DNA of 62,977 nt, counting the filler, from Dehalococcoidia bacterium (GTDB lineage Bacteria > Chloroflexota > Dehalococcoidia > DSTF01 > JACRBR01), in the NCBI GenBank assembly GCA_041494685.1. It is 5 parts of 4 records of this genome, joined end to end, with 100 filler letters (N's around TTAATTAATTAA, not from the genome) between each part and the next. Parts side by side here need not be neighbours in the genome. Positions count along the whole stretch, not along the records: positions 12,637 to 28,699 come from JBGQBE010000006.1; 4 more parts are not named here. One strand, written 5' to 3'. This document shows positions 18,456 to 27,082 of the stretch, one piece after another (position 1 is the stretch's first letter; every line of letters starts with the position of its first letter). The notes below the pieces were generated by a model. That model was not told the DNA's origin. It did not search any database and saw only the letters and a program-made list of their open reading frames with translations. A program made the translations under genes and the position numbers.

Positions 18456-19273
18456 TTGAAGCGCGCCAGGAACTCGGCGTCACCCTGGTAGAGATCGACG
18501 CCGTTGTTGACGCGGTCGCGGAGCAGATGGCGGCTGTAGAAGTGCTGTCCGCTCAGCTCCTTCGCCTCGTCGCCGCAGAGGTAGATCGCCGCCTGGCCCA
18601 TCGCCTCCGTCCGCTCCAGCATCGGCCCGACGGACGGCATCGTCTCTTCCAGGCGGTAGAACAGCGTCCCCGGCGTCGGCACCCAGCCGAGCGGCGAGAG
18701 CGCGAACACGCGGATGTTGTGCTCCTTCTCCTCCGACGCCAGCCCCTGGGCCAGCTCCCGCAGAGCGTGCTTGGTCAGCATGTACGAGATGTTGCCCGCG
18801 CCGTCCTGGTCGGCCGCGATGGACGAGATGTTGATGATCACGCCGCCGCCCTGCGCGATCATTCGCGGCAGCACCGCCTTGCTACAGGCGATGGCGCCGC
18901 GGACGTTCACCCGCCACATGATGTCCCAGCGCTTCATCGGCATGTCCACCAGCTTCGCGGGGGCCATGATGCCGGCGTTGTTCACCAGCAGGTCGATGCG
19001 GCCGAACTCGTCCAGCGCGCGGGACACCATCGCCTCGATACTGGCGTCGTCGGTGACGTCGCAGCGGACCGGCACGGCGCGGACGCCGAGCGCGGCCAGC
19101 TTCGCCGCGGTCTCGGCGATCGTGCCTTCGAGCTTCGACTGGCCCTCCGCCTCGGTGCGGGCCGCGACGACGACGTTGCAGCCCTCCTTCGCCAGCTCGA
19201 TGGCGATGTACTCACCGACGCCCCGGCTGGCGCCCGTCACGATCGCGACCTTGCCGTCCATCCGTTTCGTCAC
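18452..19273 (-). CDS. SDR-family oxidoreductase
   Basis: TGASRGVG, NNAG, YMLTK; TATAAT 12 nt upstream of GTG. Confidence 0.92.
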   Translation of the reverse strand: MTKRMDGKVAIVTGASRGVGEYIAIELAKEGCNVVVAARTEAEGQSKLEGTIAETAAKLAALGVRAVPVRCDVTDDASIEAMVSRALDEFGRIDLLVNNAGIMAPAKLVDMPMKRWDIMWRVNVRGAIACSKAVLPRMIAQGGGVIINISSIAADQDGAGNISYMLTKHALRELAQGLASEEKEHNIRVFALSPLGWVPTPGTLFYRLEETMPSVGPMLERTEAMGQAAIYLCGDEAKELSGQHFYSRHLLRDRVNNGVDLYQGDAEFLARFK

Positions 19274-19313
19274 TGAACCCCCTTCATTATATAGAGGCAG
19301 TCTCTCGCCGCCC

Positions 19314-19862
19314 TCAACCGCCGATGCGCGGGCCGCGGCGCTGGTCCGGTTCCCCGCCGCCCACAAACTTCGGCTTGTATTCGTGCTTGCGGCCGGCGAT
19401 CTGGTCACGATGCATGCGGTCGTGGCGATAGTACGAGCGCAGCCACTGCAGCACGGTCAGCGTGCCGAACATGGGCTGCGAGGCCGTCCGATCGAACTGC
19501 TCCGGCGTCAGGGACTCGATCAGGGCGACGGTGCGGGCGCGCTGCTCGCGAAGCTGGGCCGTGAGCGCCGGCACGGCGTGGTCCTGGGCGTCCGGCAGGG
19601 GGATCGCGGGGTCCTCGCCGCGGACGCGGGAGACGTCGGCGCCGTCCTCTTCGAGGGCGCGCTGGACCCAGGCCCGGTACGAAGTCTCCATCTCGGCAAG
19701 GTGGGCCAGCTGCTGCTTCACGGACCACTGCCCCTCGCCCTCGGCGTCGGGCGCCTGCAGGGAGGCCCGTGCGTCGGAGAGAGCCTCGGCCTCGGCGAGC
19801 AGGGCCACGCGCTGCTCCGCCATCTTGTCAAGTAACTCCCGAATTGAATCTGCAGATGCCAT
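19314..19862 (-). CDS. DinB-family protein
   Basis: WSVKQQLAHL...HDRMH. Confidence 0.85.
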   Translation of the reverse strand: MASADSIRELLDKMAEQRVALLAEAEALSDARASLQAPDAEGEGQWSVKQQLAHLAEMETSYRAWVQRALEEDGADVSRVRGEDPAIPLPDAQDHAVPALTAQLREQRARTVALIESLTPEQFDRTASQPMFGTLTVLQWLRSYYRHDRMHRDQIAGRKHEYKPKFVGGGEPDQRRGPRIGG

Positions 19863-19902
19863 ACATGAAGCTCCTTCGCATTTCGGGCCGTCTGGCCGGG
19901 GC

Positions 19903-19928
19903 GTAACACCGGCCGCGTGTGGGACGTT
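19903..19928 (+). promoter_or_regulatory. Putative ECF sigma promoter
   Basis: GTAAC-N17-CGTT, 32 nt upstream of ATG 19961. Confidence 0.45.
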
Positions 19929-19960
19929 CTGTGTATGTCAAGCTTAACGGAGACGGACTG

Positions 19961-20185
19961 ATGACTAAACGAGACCCGCAGCGCACAGAGAAGCTCCGGG
20001 TGGCGGTGCGGTATCTGCTGGAGCGGGGCAGCCTGGTCCAGGGCAGCCAATCGCGCCTGGCAGAGCACTTCCGGGTGTCGCGGCAGCGGGTCCACCAGAT
20101 CGTGGTGGAGGAGCGCCGGCGGCTGGCGGACGCGCAGCGCGCCCAGCCCGCCGCGCAGCAGCACCGCCCTTCGCTCGCATCATAG
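19961..20185 (+). CDS. Small HTH protein (sigma region 4-like), paralog 1
   Basis: SQSRLAEHFRVSRQRVHQIV HTH; 74 aa; GGAG SD. Confidence 0.8.
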   Translation: MTKRDPQRTEKLRVAVRYLLERGSLVQGSQSRLAEHFRVSRQRVHQIVVEERRRLADAQRAQPAAQQHRPSLAS

Positions 20186-20233
20186 GCCGCAGCGGCGGCG
20201 GTGGACGGGTTCAGGCAGGGGAGACGACAGCAT

Positions 20234-20422
20234 ATGGCGAAGCGCGACCCACAACGCACCATGAAACTCCGCATCGCGGTGCGCTACCTGTTGGAGCGGG
20301 AGTGCCTGGCGAAGGGCAACCAGACGCGGCTGGCGGAGCACTTCAAGGTCTCGCGGCAGCGCGTCCACCAGATCGTGGTGGAAGAGCGGCAGAAGTACAT
20401 GCAGACGCCGATCCTCAACTAG
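20234..20422 (+). CDS. Small HTH protein (sigma region 4-like), paralog 2
   Basis: NQTRLAEHFKVSRQRVHQIV; 62 aa; 42/52 identical to paralog 1; GGGGAG SD. Confidence 0.8.
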   Translation: MAKRDPQRTMKLRIAVRYLLERECLAKGNQTRLAEHFKVSRQRVHQIVVEERQKYMQTPILN

Positions 20423-20452
20423 CACCGGCGGCATCCCGACGAACCGCCACAG

Positions 20453-20475
20453 GCCCCCCGCAAGGGGGGCTTCTT
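20453..20475 (+). terminator. Rho-independent terminator
   Basis: GCCCCCC-GCAA-GGGGGGC followed by TTCTT. Confidence 0.75.
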
Positions 20476-20499
20476 GCTGCGCCGCGTTGGGCGCGGCCC

Positions 20500-21582
20500 C
20501 TACCCCGTGAACCCCAGGCGGGTGGCGGCGGCGATGGCGAAGAGGTCGGTCATGCCGGCGATGTAGTCGGCGATGCGGCGGGCGAGCGGGTCTTCGGGGC
20601 GGGTGTACTCGGAGGCGGCGACTTCGTCAGGGTGCCGCATGAAGTGCTGCCAGAGGAACTCGATGACGCGGCGGGCGCGGTCGGCCTCGGCCAGGCGTTC
20701 TTCCCAGAGATAGACGTTCTCGAACAGGTAATCGCGCAACTCGTTGGTGGCGGCGGCGATCTCGTCGCTCATGGCGATGGGCAGCGCGCGCACCGGCGAC
20801 TGTGCGGCGTCCCACGACGCATCGACGATGTCGCTGACGAGGGTGTCGATGCGCTGGCCGTGCGTCTCGCCGAGAACGCGGCGGGCTCCGCGCGGCAGAT
20901 CCTCCGTGCGGAGGAGGCCGGCGCGGACGGCGTCGGCGATATCGTGGTTCAGGTACGCGACGGAATCGGAGAGGCGGACGATCTGGCCTTCGAGCGTGGA
21001 TGCGAGCGGGCCGCCCCAGTCGGCGGCGGACCAGCTGCGCTCTTCGAGCTCGTGAAAGATGCCCTCGCGCGGCTTGGAGTGCTTGAGGATGCCCTCGCGC
21101 ACCTCCCACGTCAGGTTGAGGCCGGCGCCCGACGCTTCGAGCAGGTCGACGATGCGCACGGACTGCTCGTTGTGGCGGAAGCCCTGCGGCAGCAGGTTGC
21201 CGAGGGCCTGCTCGCCGGCGTGGCCGAAGGGCGTGTGGCCCAGGTCGTGGCCCAGGCCGATCGCCTCGGCCAGGTCCTCGTTGAGGTCGAGCGCGCGGGC
21301 GATGGTGCGGGCGACCTGCGCCACCTCGAGCGTGTGGGTGAGGCGGGTGACGAAGTGGTCGCCGGCTGGCGCGATGAAGACCTGCGTCTTGTGCTTCAGC
21401 CGCCGGAAGGCCTTGGCGTGGACGATGCGGTCGCGGTCGCGCTGGTAATCGGTGCGCATGTCGGAGGGCGGCTCCGGGCGGGCGCGGCCGCGGGAGCGAG
21501 CGACGCGCGCGGCGGCGGGGGCGAGCGCCTCCTCGCGCGCTTCGAGGCGGAGGCGGACGGATTCGTGCGGGCGGGTGGTCAT
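20500..21582 (-). CDS. dgt: Deoxyguanosinetriphosphate triphosphohydrolase (HD family)
   Basis: RDRDRIVH, FRRLKHKTQVF, RLTHTLEV, GHDLGHTPFGHAGE, DYIAGMTD. Confidence 0.95.
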   Translation of the reverse strand: MTTRPHESVRLRLEAREEALAPAAARVARSRGRARPEPPSDMRTDYQRDRDRIVHAKAFRRLKHKTQVFIAPAGDHFVTRLTHTLEVAQVARTIARALDLNEDLAEAIGLGHDLGHTPFGHAGEQALGNLLPQGFRHNEQSVRIVDLLEASGAGLNLTWEVREGILKHSKPREGIFHELEERSWSAADWGGPLASTLEGQIVRLSDSVAYLNHDIADAVRAGLLRTEDLPRGARRVLGETHGQRIDTLVSDIVDASWDAAQSPVRALPIAMSDEIAAATNELRDYLFENVYLWEERLAEADRARRVIEFLWQHFMRHPDEVAASEYTRPEDPLARRIADYIAGMTDLFAIAAATRLGFTG

Positions 21583-21685
21583 GGCGGGAGTGTAGCGCGC
21601 TTGATCCCCCATACGGGCGGCGATAGATTGGCCTCGCCTGCACGTCAGGTGCGGGGTCCACTTCGCTATCCCCTGGAGGTGCCCT

Positions 21686-22843
21686 ATGGGACGTCCCGTC
21701 CTGCGCACGCGACTCTGCGACATCCTCGACATCGAATACCCGGTGATCCTTGCCGGCATGGGCGGCGTCGCCACCGCGGAGCTGGTGGCGGCCGTGTCGG
21801 AGGCCGGCGGGCTCGGGATCGTCGGGGCGGCATCGATGCCGGCCGACGAGATCGAGCGGCAGGTGCGGCGGATCCGCGACCTCACGTCGAAGCCGTTCGG
21901 CGTCGACGTGCTGCTGCCGAGCGGCGTGGCCGCGCCCAAGGCGCCGGCCGCACAGGGAAACGGAGAGCAGAAGGCGCGGAAGCGGCCGCTGGACTACCTG
22001 CCGCCGCAGTACGCGGAGTTCGTGCACAAGGCGGAGGCGGAGTTCGGGCTGCCGCAGAAGGGTGAGGACCAGGACTGGTCCGCCGGCATGCAGCGCCTGG
22101 GGGCGGCTGACTTCTCGAAGAAGCAGGTCGAGGCGATCCTGGAACTGAAGGTGCCGGTGTTCGCGGCGGGGCTGGGTAACCCGGCGCCGTACGTGGAAGC
22201 GTTCCACGCCCAGGGCGCGAAGGTGATCGCGCTGGTGGGCAACGTGAAGAACGCGCGGCGCGTCGCCGACGGCGGCACCGACGTGGTGGTGGCGCAGGGC
22301 ACGGAGGCGGGCGGCCACACGGGGCGCATCGGCACGATGGCGCTGGTGCCGCAGGTGATCGACGCGGTGCGGCCGACGCCGGTCTGCGCGGCCGGCGGCA
22401 TCGGCGACGGACGCGGCATCGCGAGCGCGCTGGCGCTGGGCTGCGACGGCGTCTGGATCGGCACGGCGTTCCTGGTGTCGCAGGAGGCGACGTGGCCGGA
22501 TCTGCTCAAGCAGCGCATCCTTGCCGCGACCGAAGAGGACACGCGGGTGACGCGGCTCTACAGCGGCAAGACGATGCGCAACATCAACAACCCGCTGATC
22601 GAGTACTGGGAATCGCAGAAGATGGACGCGCTGCCGATGGGCCTGCAGGGCATCGTGTCGGGCGAGCTGATGTCGGGCGCGCGGCAGGCGAACAAGCTCG
22701 AGTTGGTGATGAACCCGGCGGGCCAGATCAGCGGCATGCTGAAGGCGATGCGGCCGGCGAAGGAGATCCTGGAGGACATGGTGCGCGAAGCGGCGGAGAT
22801 CCTGTCGGGGGACCTGGCGCGGCGCGTGCAGGCGTCTGTGTAA
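21686..22843 (+). CDS. Nitronate monooxygenase / FabK-like FMN oxidoreductase
   Basis: VSEAGGLG, QGTEAGGHTG, AAGGIGDGRG, GVWIGTAF. Confidence 0.9.
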   Translation: MGRPVLRTRLCDILDIEYPVILAGMGGVATAELVAAVSEAGGLGIVGAASMPADEIERQVRRIRDLTSKPFGVDVLLPSGVAAPKAPAAQGNGEQKARKRPLDYLPPQYAEFVHKAEAEFGLPQKGEDQDWSAGMQRLGAADFSKKQVEAILELKVPVFAAGLGNPAPYVEAFHAQGAKVIALVGNVKNARRVADGGTDVVVAQGTEAGGHTGRIGTMALVPQVIDAVRPTPVCAAGGIGDGRGIASALALGCDGVWIGTAFLVSQEATWPDLLKQRILAATEEDTRVTRLYSGKTMRNINNPLIEYWESQKMDALPMGLQGIVSGELMSGARQANKLELVMNPAGQISGMLKAMRPAKEILEDMVREAAEILSGDLARRVQASV

Positions 22844-22855
22844 CGGGCGGGCCAG

Positions 22856-22895
22856 CCCTCACCCCCTGCCCCCTCGCCCACGAGGGGAGAGGGGG
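22856..22895 (+). repeat. REP-like extragenic palindrome (CCCTCACCCC...GGGAGAGGG type)
   Basis: CCCTCACCCCCTGCCCCCTCGCCCACGAGGGGAGAGGGGG imperfect hairpin between co-oriented genes. Confidence 0.6.
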
Positions 22896-22917
22896 AAGAT
22901 TGAGAAAGCGACGGGCG

Positions 22918-24201
22918 ATGACGGAATCAGCGCTGTCTGATCTGCGGGTGCTGGACCTGGCCGGCGAGACCGGCGTGTACGCCGGCAAGCTGCTGGCGGA
23001 CCTGGGCGCGGACGTGATCCGCATCGAGCCGCCGGACGGCGACCCGCTGCGCGACGTGCCGCCGTTCTTCCACGACGTCCACGCGGCGGATCACAGCCTC
23101 ACCTTCTTCCACCTCAACACCAACAAGCGCAGCGTCACGCTGGACTTCACGAAGCCGCAGGGCCGCGCGCTGTTCGAGCGCCTGGTGAAGAGCGCGGACA
23201 TCGTGATCGAGTCGTACACGCCGGGATATCTCGACGGGATGGGGCTGGGATACGACGGGCTGTGCAAGATCCGGCCCGACATCGTGCTGACATCGATCAC
23301 GGGGTTCGGGCAGGACGGGCCGCACGCGCGCTGGGCGTGGAGCGACATCGTCGGCGTCGCGATGAGCGGGATGATGACGCTGGCGGGCGACAAGGAAGAT
23401 CCGCCGAACCGTCCGTACGGGAACCAGGGCTACGTGTGCGCGGGCATCGACGGCGCGGCGGGCGCGCTGATGGCGATCGTGCACCGCGACAACACGGGCG
23501 AGGGCCAGCACGTAGACGTGTCGATGCAGGAGGCGCTGTCGATCAACCAGGAGACGGCGATGATGGTGTTCGACATGAACCAGCGCGTGGCGACGCGCAC
23601 GGGCGCGCGCGGGCTGATCCCGATCGACCTGCCGGGCATCGGCGTGTTCGAGTGCAAGGACGGGCAGGTCTTCGCCTATCTGGGGTCGCCGGGCGGCGCG
23701 CCATGGACGGTGATGCTGGACTGGATGATCGCGGAGGGCAAGGCTGAGGACCTGACCGAGGGCGAGAACCTGGAGGTCGTGCGGCAGTTGAACCTCCGCT
23801 TCCTGACGGCGCTGGTGCAGGAGCCGGAGAAGCTGCCGGCTCGGCTGAAGGTGCTGTCGCACATGCGCGAGGTGTTCCAGCGGTTCTGCCTGAGCATGGA
23901 CAAGTGGACCCTGTATCAGGAGGCGCAGAAGCGGCGGCTCATGATCGGCATCATCAGCACGCCGGAGGACCTGGCGAAGAACCCGCAGCTCGCGGCGCGG
24001 CACTGGTACCAGGACGTACAGCACGACCACCTGGGGGAGACCGTGCGCTACGCGGGCCCGCCCTACCGGCTCAGCCAGACGCCGTGGACGATGCGCCGCC
24101 GGCCGCCGCTGCCGGGCGAGCATACGGTGGAAGTGCTGTGCGACGAGCTGGGCGTGGCGCCGGCGGAGCTGGACGCGCTGCGTGCGGCGGGCGTCGCGTA
24201 G
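22918..24201 (+). CDS. Family III CoA-transferase (CaiB/BaiF) subunit
   Basis: LRVLDL...KLLADLGADVIRIEPPDGD...NTNKRSVTLD...PPLPGEHT. Confidence 0.92.
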   Translation: MTESALSDLRVLDLAGETGVYAGKLLADLGADVIRIEPPDGDPLRDVPPFFHDVHAADHSLTFFHLNTNKRSVTLDFTKPQGRALFERLVKSADIVIESYTPGYLDGMGLGYDGLCKIRPDIVLTSITGFGQDGPHARWAWSDIVGVAMSGMMTLAGDKEDPPNRPYGNQGYVCAGIDGAAGALMAIVHRDNTGEGQHVDVSMQEALSINQETAMMVFDMNQRVATRTGARGLIPIDLPGIGVFECKDGQVFAYLGSPGGAPWTVMLDWMIAEGKAEDLTEGENLEVVRQLNLRFLTALVQEPEKLPARLKVLSHMREVFQRFCLSMDKWTLYQEAQKRRLMIGIISTPEDLAKNPQLAARHWYQDVQHDHLGETVRYAGPPYRLSQTPWTMRRRPPLPGEHTVEVLCDELGVAPAELDALRAAGVA

Positions 24202-24205
24202 GGAC

Positions 24206-24312
24206 GACAGCAAACAACAACCGGCAAACAGCAAAGGGCCGGCAAGAACAGGCAACCGATTGCGAAGCGGCAGACTGCTAACAGCTAACAGACCGCTAAC
24301 CGCCGACAGCTC
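24206..24312 (+). repeat. Degenerate heptamer tandem repeats
   Basis: ACAGCAA ACAACAA CCGGCAA ACAGCAA ... ACTGCTA ACAGCTA ... ACCGCTA ACCGCCG ACAGCTC. Confidence 0.7.
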
Positions 24313-24324
24313 GAAGGAGTGGGG

Positions 24325-25569
24325 ATGAGTGCGAGGCTGCCGCTTGAGGGGATGAAGGTCGCCGACTTCTCGTGGTTCGGGGCGGGGCCGATCTGCGCGG
24401 AGAACCTGGCGCGCTACGGCGCGACGGTGGTGCGCGTGGAGTCGGAGGCGCATGTCGACGGACTGCGCTCGGTGCAGCCGTTCGCTACGGGGAAGACGGG
24501 CTACAACGTCAGCGGCTACTTCAACAACTACAACGCGGGCAAGCTCGGCGTGACGTTCAACCTGAGCACCGAGCTGGGGCGCGAGATGGGGCGCAAGCTC
24601 ATTCGATGGTGCGACGTCTTCGTCACAAACCAGACGTCGCGCATCCTGGAGCAGTGGGGCTACACGTACGACGACCTGGTGAAGATCAACCCGACGATCA
24701 TCGCGGCGTACCAGCCGATGCAAGGCGCGGACGGACCGCACAAGAACTTCTTCGGGTTCGGGGCGGTGCTGAACGCGATCACGGGCTACAACAACCTGAG
24801 CGGGTTTCCGCACCGGCCGCCGATGGGCCTGGGCACGAACTACCCGGACTACGTGATCAACCCCGGCCACACCCTGATCGCGATCCTCGCGGCGTTGCGG
24901 TACCGCAAGAAGACGGGCAAGGGGCAGCGCATCGAACTGGCGCAGATCGAGTCGAGCGTGGCGCCGCTGGCGCCGGCAATCATGGAGTACACGGAGAACG
25001 GCCGGGTGATCACGCGCAACGGCAACCGGCTGGCGTACGCATCGCCGCATGGGGCGTTCCGCTGCGCGGACAACACGTGGCAGGATCAGCCGGAGGACCG
25101 CTGGGTGGCGTTCGGCGTGTTCAACGACGCGCAGTGGCAGGCGCTGGTCGAGGCGATGGGCGCGCCCGCGTGGGCGGGCGATGCGAAGTTCGCGACGCTG
25201 GCGTCGCGCAAGCAGCACGAAGACGAACTGGAGGCGAACGTCACGGCCTGGACGCGCGAGCGGCGCGCGGAGGACGTGATGACGCTGCTGCAGTCGAAGG
25301 GCGTGCCGGCGGGCGTGGTGCAGAACTCGCGCGACGTGCTGACGGCGGACGAGCATTTGAAGGCACGGCAATACTACCAGTACCTCGACCACCCGGAGAC
25401 GGGGCGCGCGGCCTATGACGGCCCGCCGTTCCGGCTCTCGAAGACGCCGGGCACGCTGAAGACGCCAGCGACCTGCCTGGGCGAGTACAACGAATACGTG
25501 TGCAAGGAGCTGCTCGGCATGACGGACGACGAGATAGCGGAGGCGCTCGTCGAGCAGGCGCTGTTCTAG
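24325..25569 (+). CDS. Family III CoA-transferase (CaiB/BaiF) subunit
   Basis: PLEGMKVADFSW..AGP...GATVVRVES...NYPD. Confidence 0.92.
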   Translation: MSARLPLEGMKVADFSWFGAGPICAENLARYGATVVRVESEAHVDGLRSVQPFATGKTGYNVSGYFNNYNAGKLGVTFNLSTELGREMGRKLIRWCDVFVTNQTSRILEQWGYTYDDLVKINPTIIAAYQPMQGADGPHKNFFGFGAVLNAITGYNNLSGFPHRPPMGLGTNYPDYVINPGHTLIAILAALRYRKKTGKGQRIELAQIESSVAPLAPAIMEYTENGRVITRNGNRLAYASPHGAFRCADNTWQDQPEDRWVAFGVFNDAQWQALVEAMGAPAWAGDAKFATLASRKQHEDELEANVTAWTRERRAEDVMTLLQSKGVPAGVVQNSRDVLTADEHLKARQYYQYLDHPETGRAAYDGPPFRLSKTPGTLKTPATCLGEYNEYVCKELLGMTDDEIAEALVEQALF

Positions 25570-25596
25570 CGGGGAGTTACGCGACGTGACGAGATG

Positions 25597-25630
25597 ACAG
25601 GGACGCAGGATGCTGCGTCCCTGTTCGTTT
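25597..25630 (+). terminator. Terminator hairpin between convergent genes
   Basis: ACAGGGACGCAG-GATG-CTGCGTCCCTGT perfect 12-bp stem followed by TCGTTT. Confidence 0.8.
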
Positions 25631-25638
25631 GTCTGCGG

Positions 25639-26280
25639 TCAGGCGACGTAGGAGGTGGTGATCGGGGCGGTGCGCCACTCGTCGTCGCCCAGGAGATGGC
25701 TCAGCGTGGCGCCGTCGATGGGGTACTGCGCAACGCGGACGACGACGTCCGGCGAAGCGGCCTGCAGGCGCTCCGCGACGACCAGCGCGCCGGCGCGTTC
25801 GGTCTGCGGGAGCACGGCCGCGAGCTTGTTGCCCAGATCGCCCGCAAAATCCACCTGGCGGAGCGAGTGCTTGAGCGCGATGCGCGTGCTGTCAAGCGCC
25901 TTCGACGATTCCGCGGAGACGGTGAGCACGGTGAACGGCTGGCCGAAGCGCGTGGCCCGGCCGATCTCTTCTTCGGCGCGCAGACGGAAGTACCACGCCA
26001 CGCAGAGCCCCGTGTCGCGGTCGAACGTCGTGAGGCGGCGGTCGCTGCGGAGCGCGGCAGCGATCGGCCTCGAGAGCGGCAGCATGTCGCCGCGGCCCGA
26101 TTCATCTTCATCGCCGGAGGCGGCGCGCCAGAGCATAACGGCGACGGCGACCACTGCGACGGCCTGCAGCGCGACGCGCAGCGCGACCACATCGACGGCC
26201 GACGCGACGGCGACGGCGGCAACGCCGGCGACGAGCGCGGGCGCGATGAGCATGACGACCTGGAACGGCGAGCGCCTCAT
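25639..26280 (-). CDS. Membrane protein with degenerate GGDEF domain
   Basis: Two N-terminal TM segments; DRDTGL...EEEIGRATRF...LRQVD...AAVLPQT...AERL...YPIDG; no GGDEF signature. Confidence 0.7.
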   Translation of the reverse strand: MRRSPFQVVMLIAPALVAGVAAVAVASAVDVVALRVALQAVAVVAVAVMLWRAASGDEDESGRGDMLPLSRPIAAALRSDRRLTTFDRDTGLCVAWYFRLRAEEEIGRATRFGQPFTVLTVSAESSKALDSTRIALKHSLRQVDFAGDLGNKLAAVLPQTERAGALVVAERLQAASPDVVVRVAQYPIDGATLSHLLGDDEWRTAPITTSYVA

Positions 26281-26789
26281 TGTGCGCCTCCCGCAACGTC
26301 GGTAACGCAGAGCACGGGGCCGCCGGCGAAGGCGGCCGGGACATCGGCGGGGCAGTTGTCCCGCTGCGGCCAGACCTGCGTGTGCGCCACGAGCGTGAAG
26401 GTCGCGCCGTCGGAGCGGTAGTAGTAGGCGTACTGGCCATCGGAGGCCGGGATCTTGCCAGCGAGCGACGGCAGCACGCAGGTGGGGTCACCCGCGGCGA
26501 AGCAGACGGGCTTGTACACGCCGTCGGTCGAAGGGAAGACGCCGTCCTTCGCACGAAGCGACTTGAGCGTCTCGGCGAGTTTGCTGAGGTCGACGAAGCG
26601 GCGCGCGTCGAGCAGGATCTCGTCCGCGCCCGGGGTGCGCACCACGCGCGCCGCCGCGGTGGGCGTGGCGGCCTGCGGAGCGGCGCTGGCGCCGCCGGAG
26701 CGGGCGGCGAGCACGGCGGACAGCGCGATGACGCCGATGAGTACGGCAAGCGATCCGAAGTAGCGCGGGTCTCGGAAGGTCTTCAGCAC
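26277..26789 (-). CDS. Membrane-anchored protein with pilin/pseudopilin-like domain
   Basis: N-terminal TM; DARRFVDLSKLAETL...DGVFPST helix and YYYRSDGATFTLVA strand recall GspG-like pseudopilins; four Cys; no prepilin cleavage motif. Confidence 0.5.
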   Translation of the reverse strand: MLKTFRDPRYFGSLAVLIGVIALSAVLAARSGGASAAPQAATPTAAARVVRTPGADEILLDARRFVDLSKLAETLKSLRAKDGVFPSTDGVYKPVCFAAGDPTCVLPSLAGKIPASDGQYAYYYRSDGATFTLVAHTQVWPQRDNCPADVPAAFAGGPVLCVTDVAGGAQ

Positions 26790-27082
26790 CTTCTGTCCTC
26801 TCGTCCAGTCTCCGGAGGGAGTATCGACGCGCCGGAAGGCAATCTGCAACCGCCCAGGGGCTGAAATCGGCCGGCATACGGGGGATTTCCCCGATTCCGG
26901 GCGGTGCGTAGCCTTAGAACGCCCGTCTCCACGCCGATGATTGGATGACGGGTTCGCCCTGCGCGGCACAACGCCGCAGCGAGCGGGGGTGCCAGAGCGA
27001 GCGGCCGCGTAGCGCCGGGCGGTCGCGATCCACGCATCACGTCGCAACGATGAGGTTGATCGCGCCGCGCTCGAACGGAGCG

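Noticed and set aside
20500..21582. dGTPase as an anti-phage nucleotide-depletion gene
   Set aside because: Short housekeeping-type Dgt with host-like codon use and no defence context
22927..25392. Very long antisense ORFs (821 aa here; also 38955..41672, 13023..15032 and others)
   Set aside because: Shadow ORFs typical of high-GC coding DNA, opposite well-supported genes, Arg/Ala-rich with no motifs
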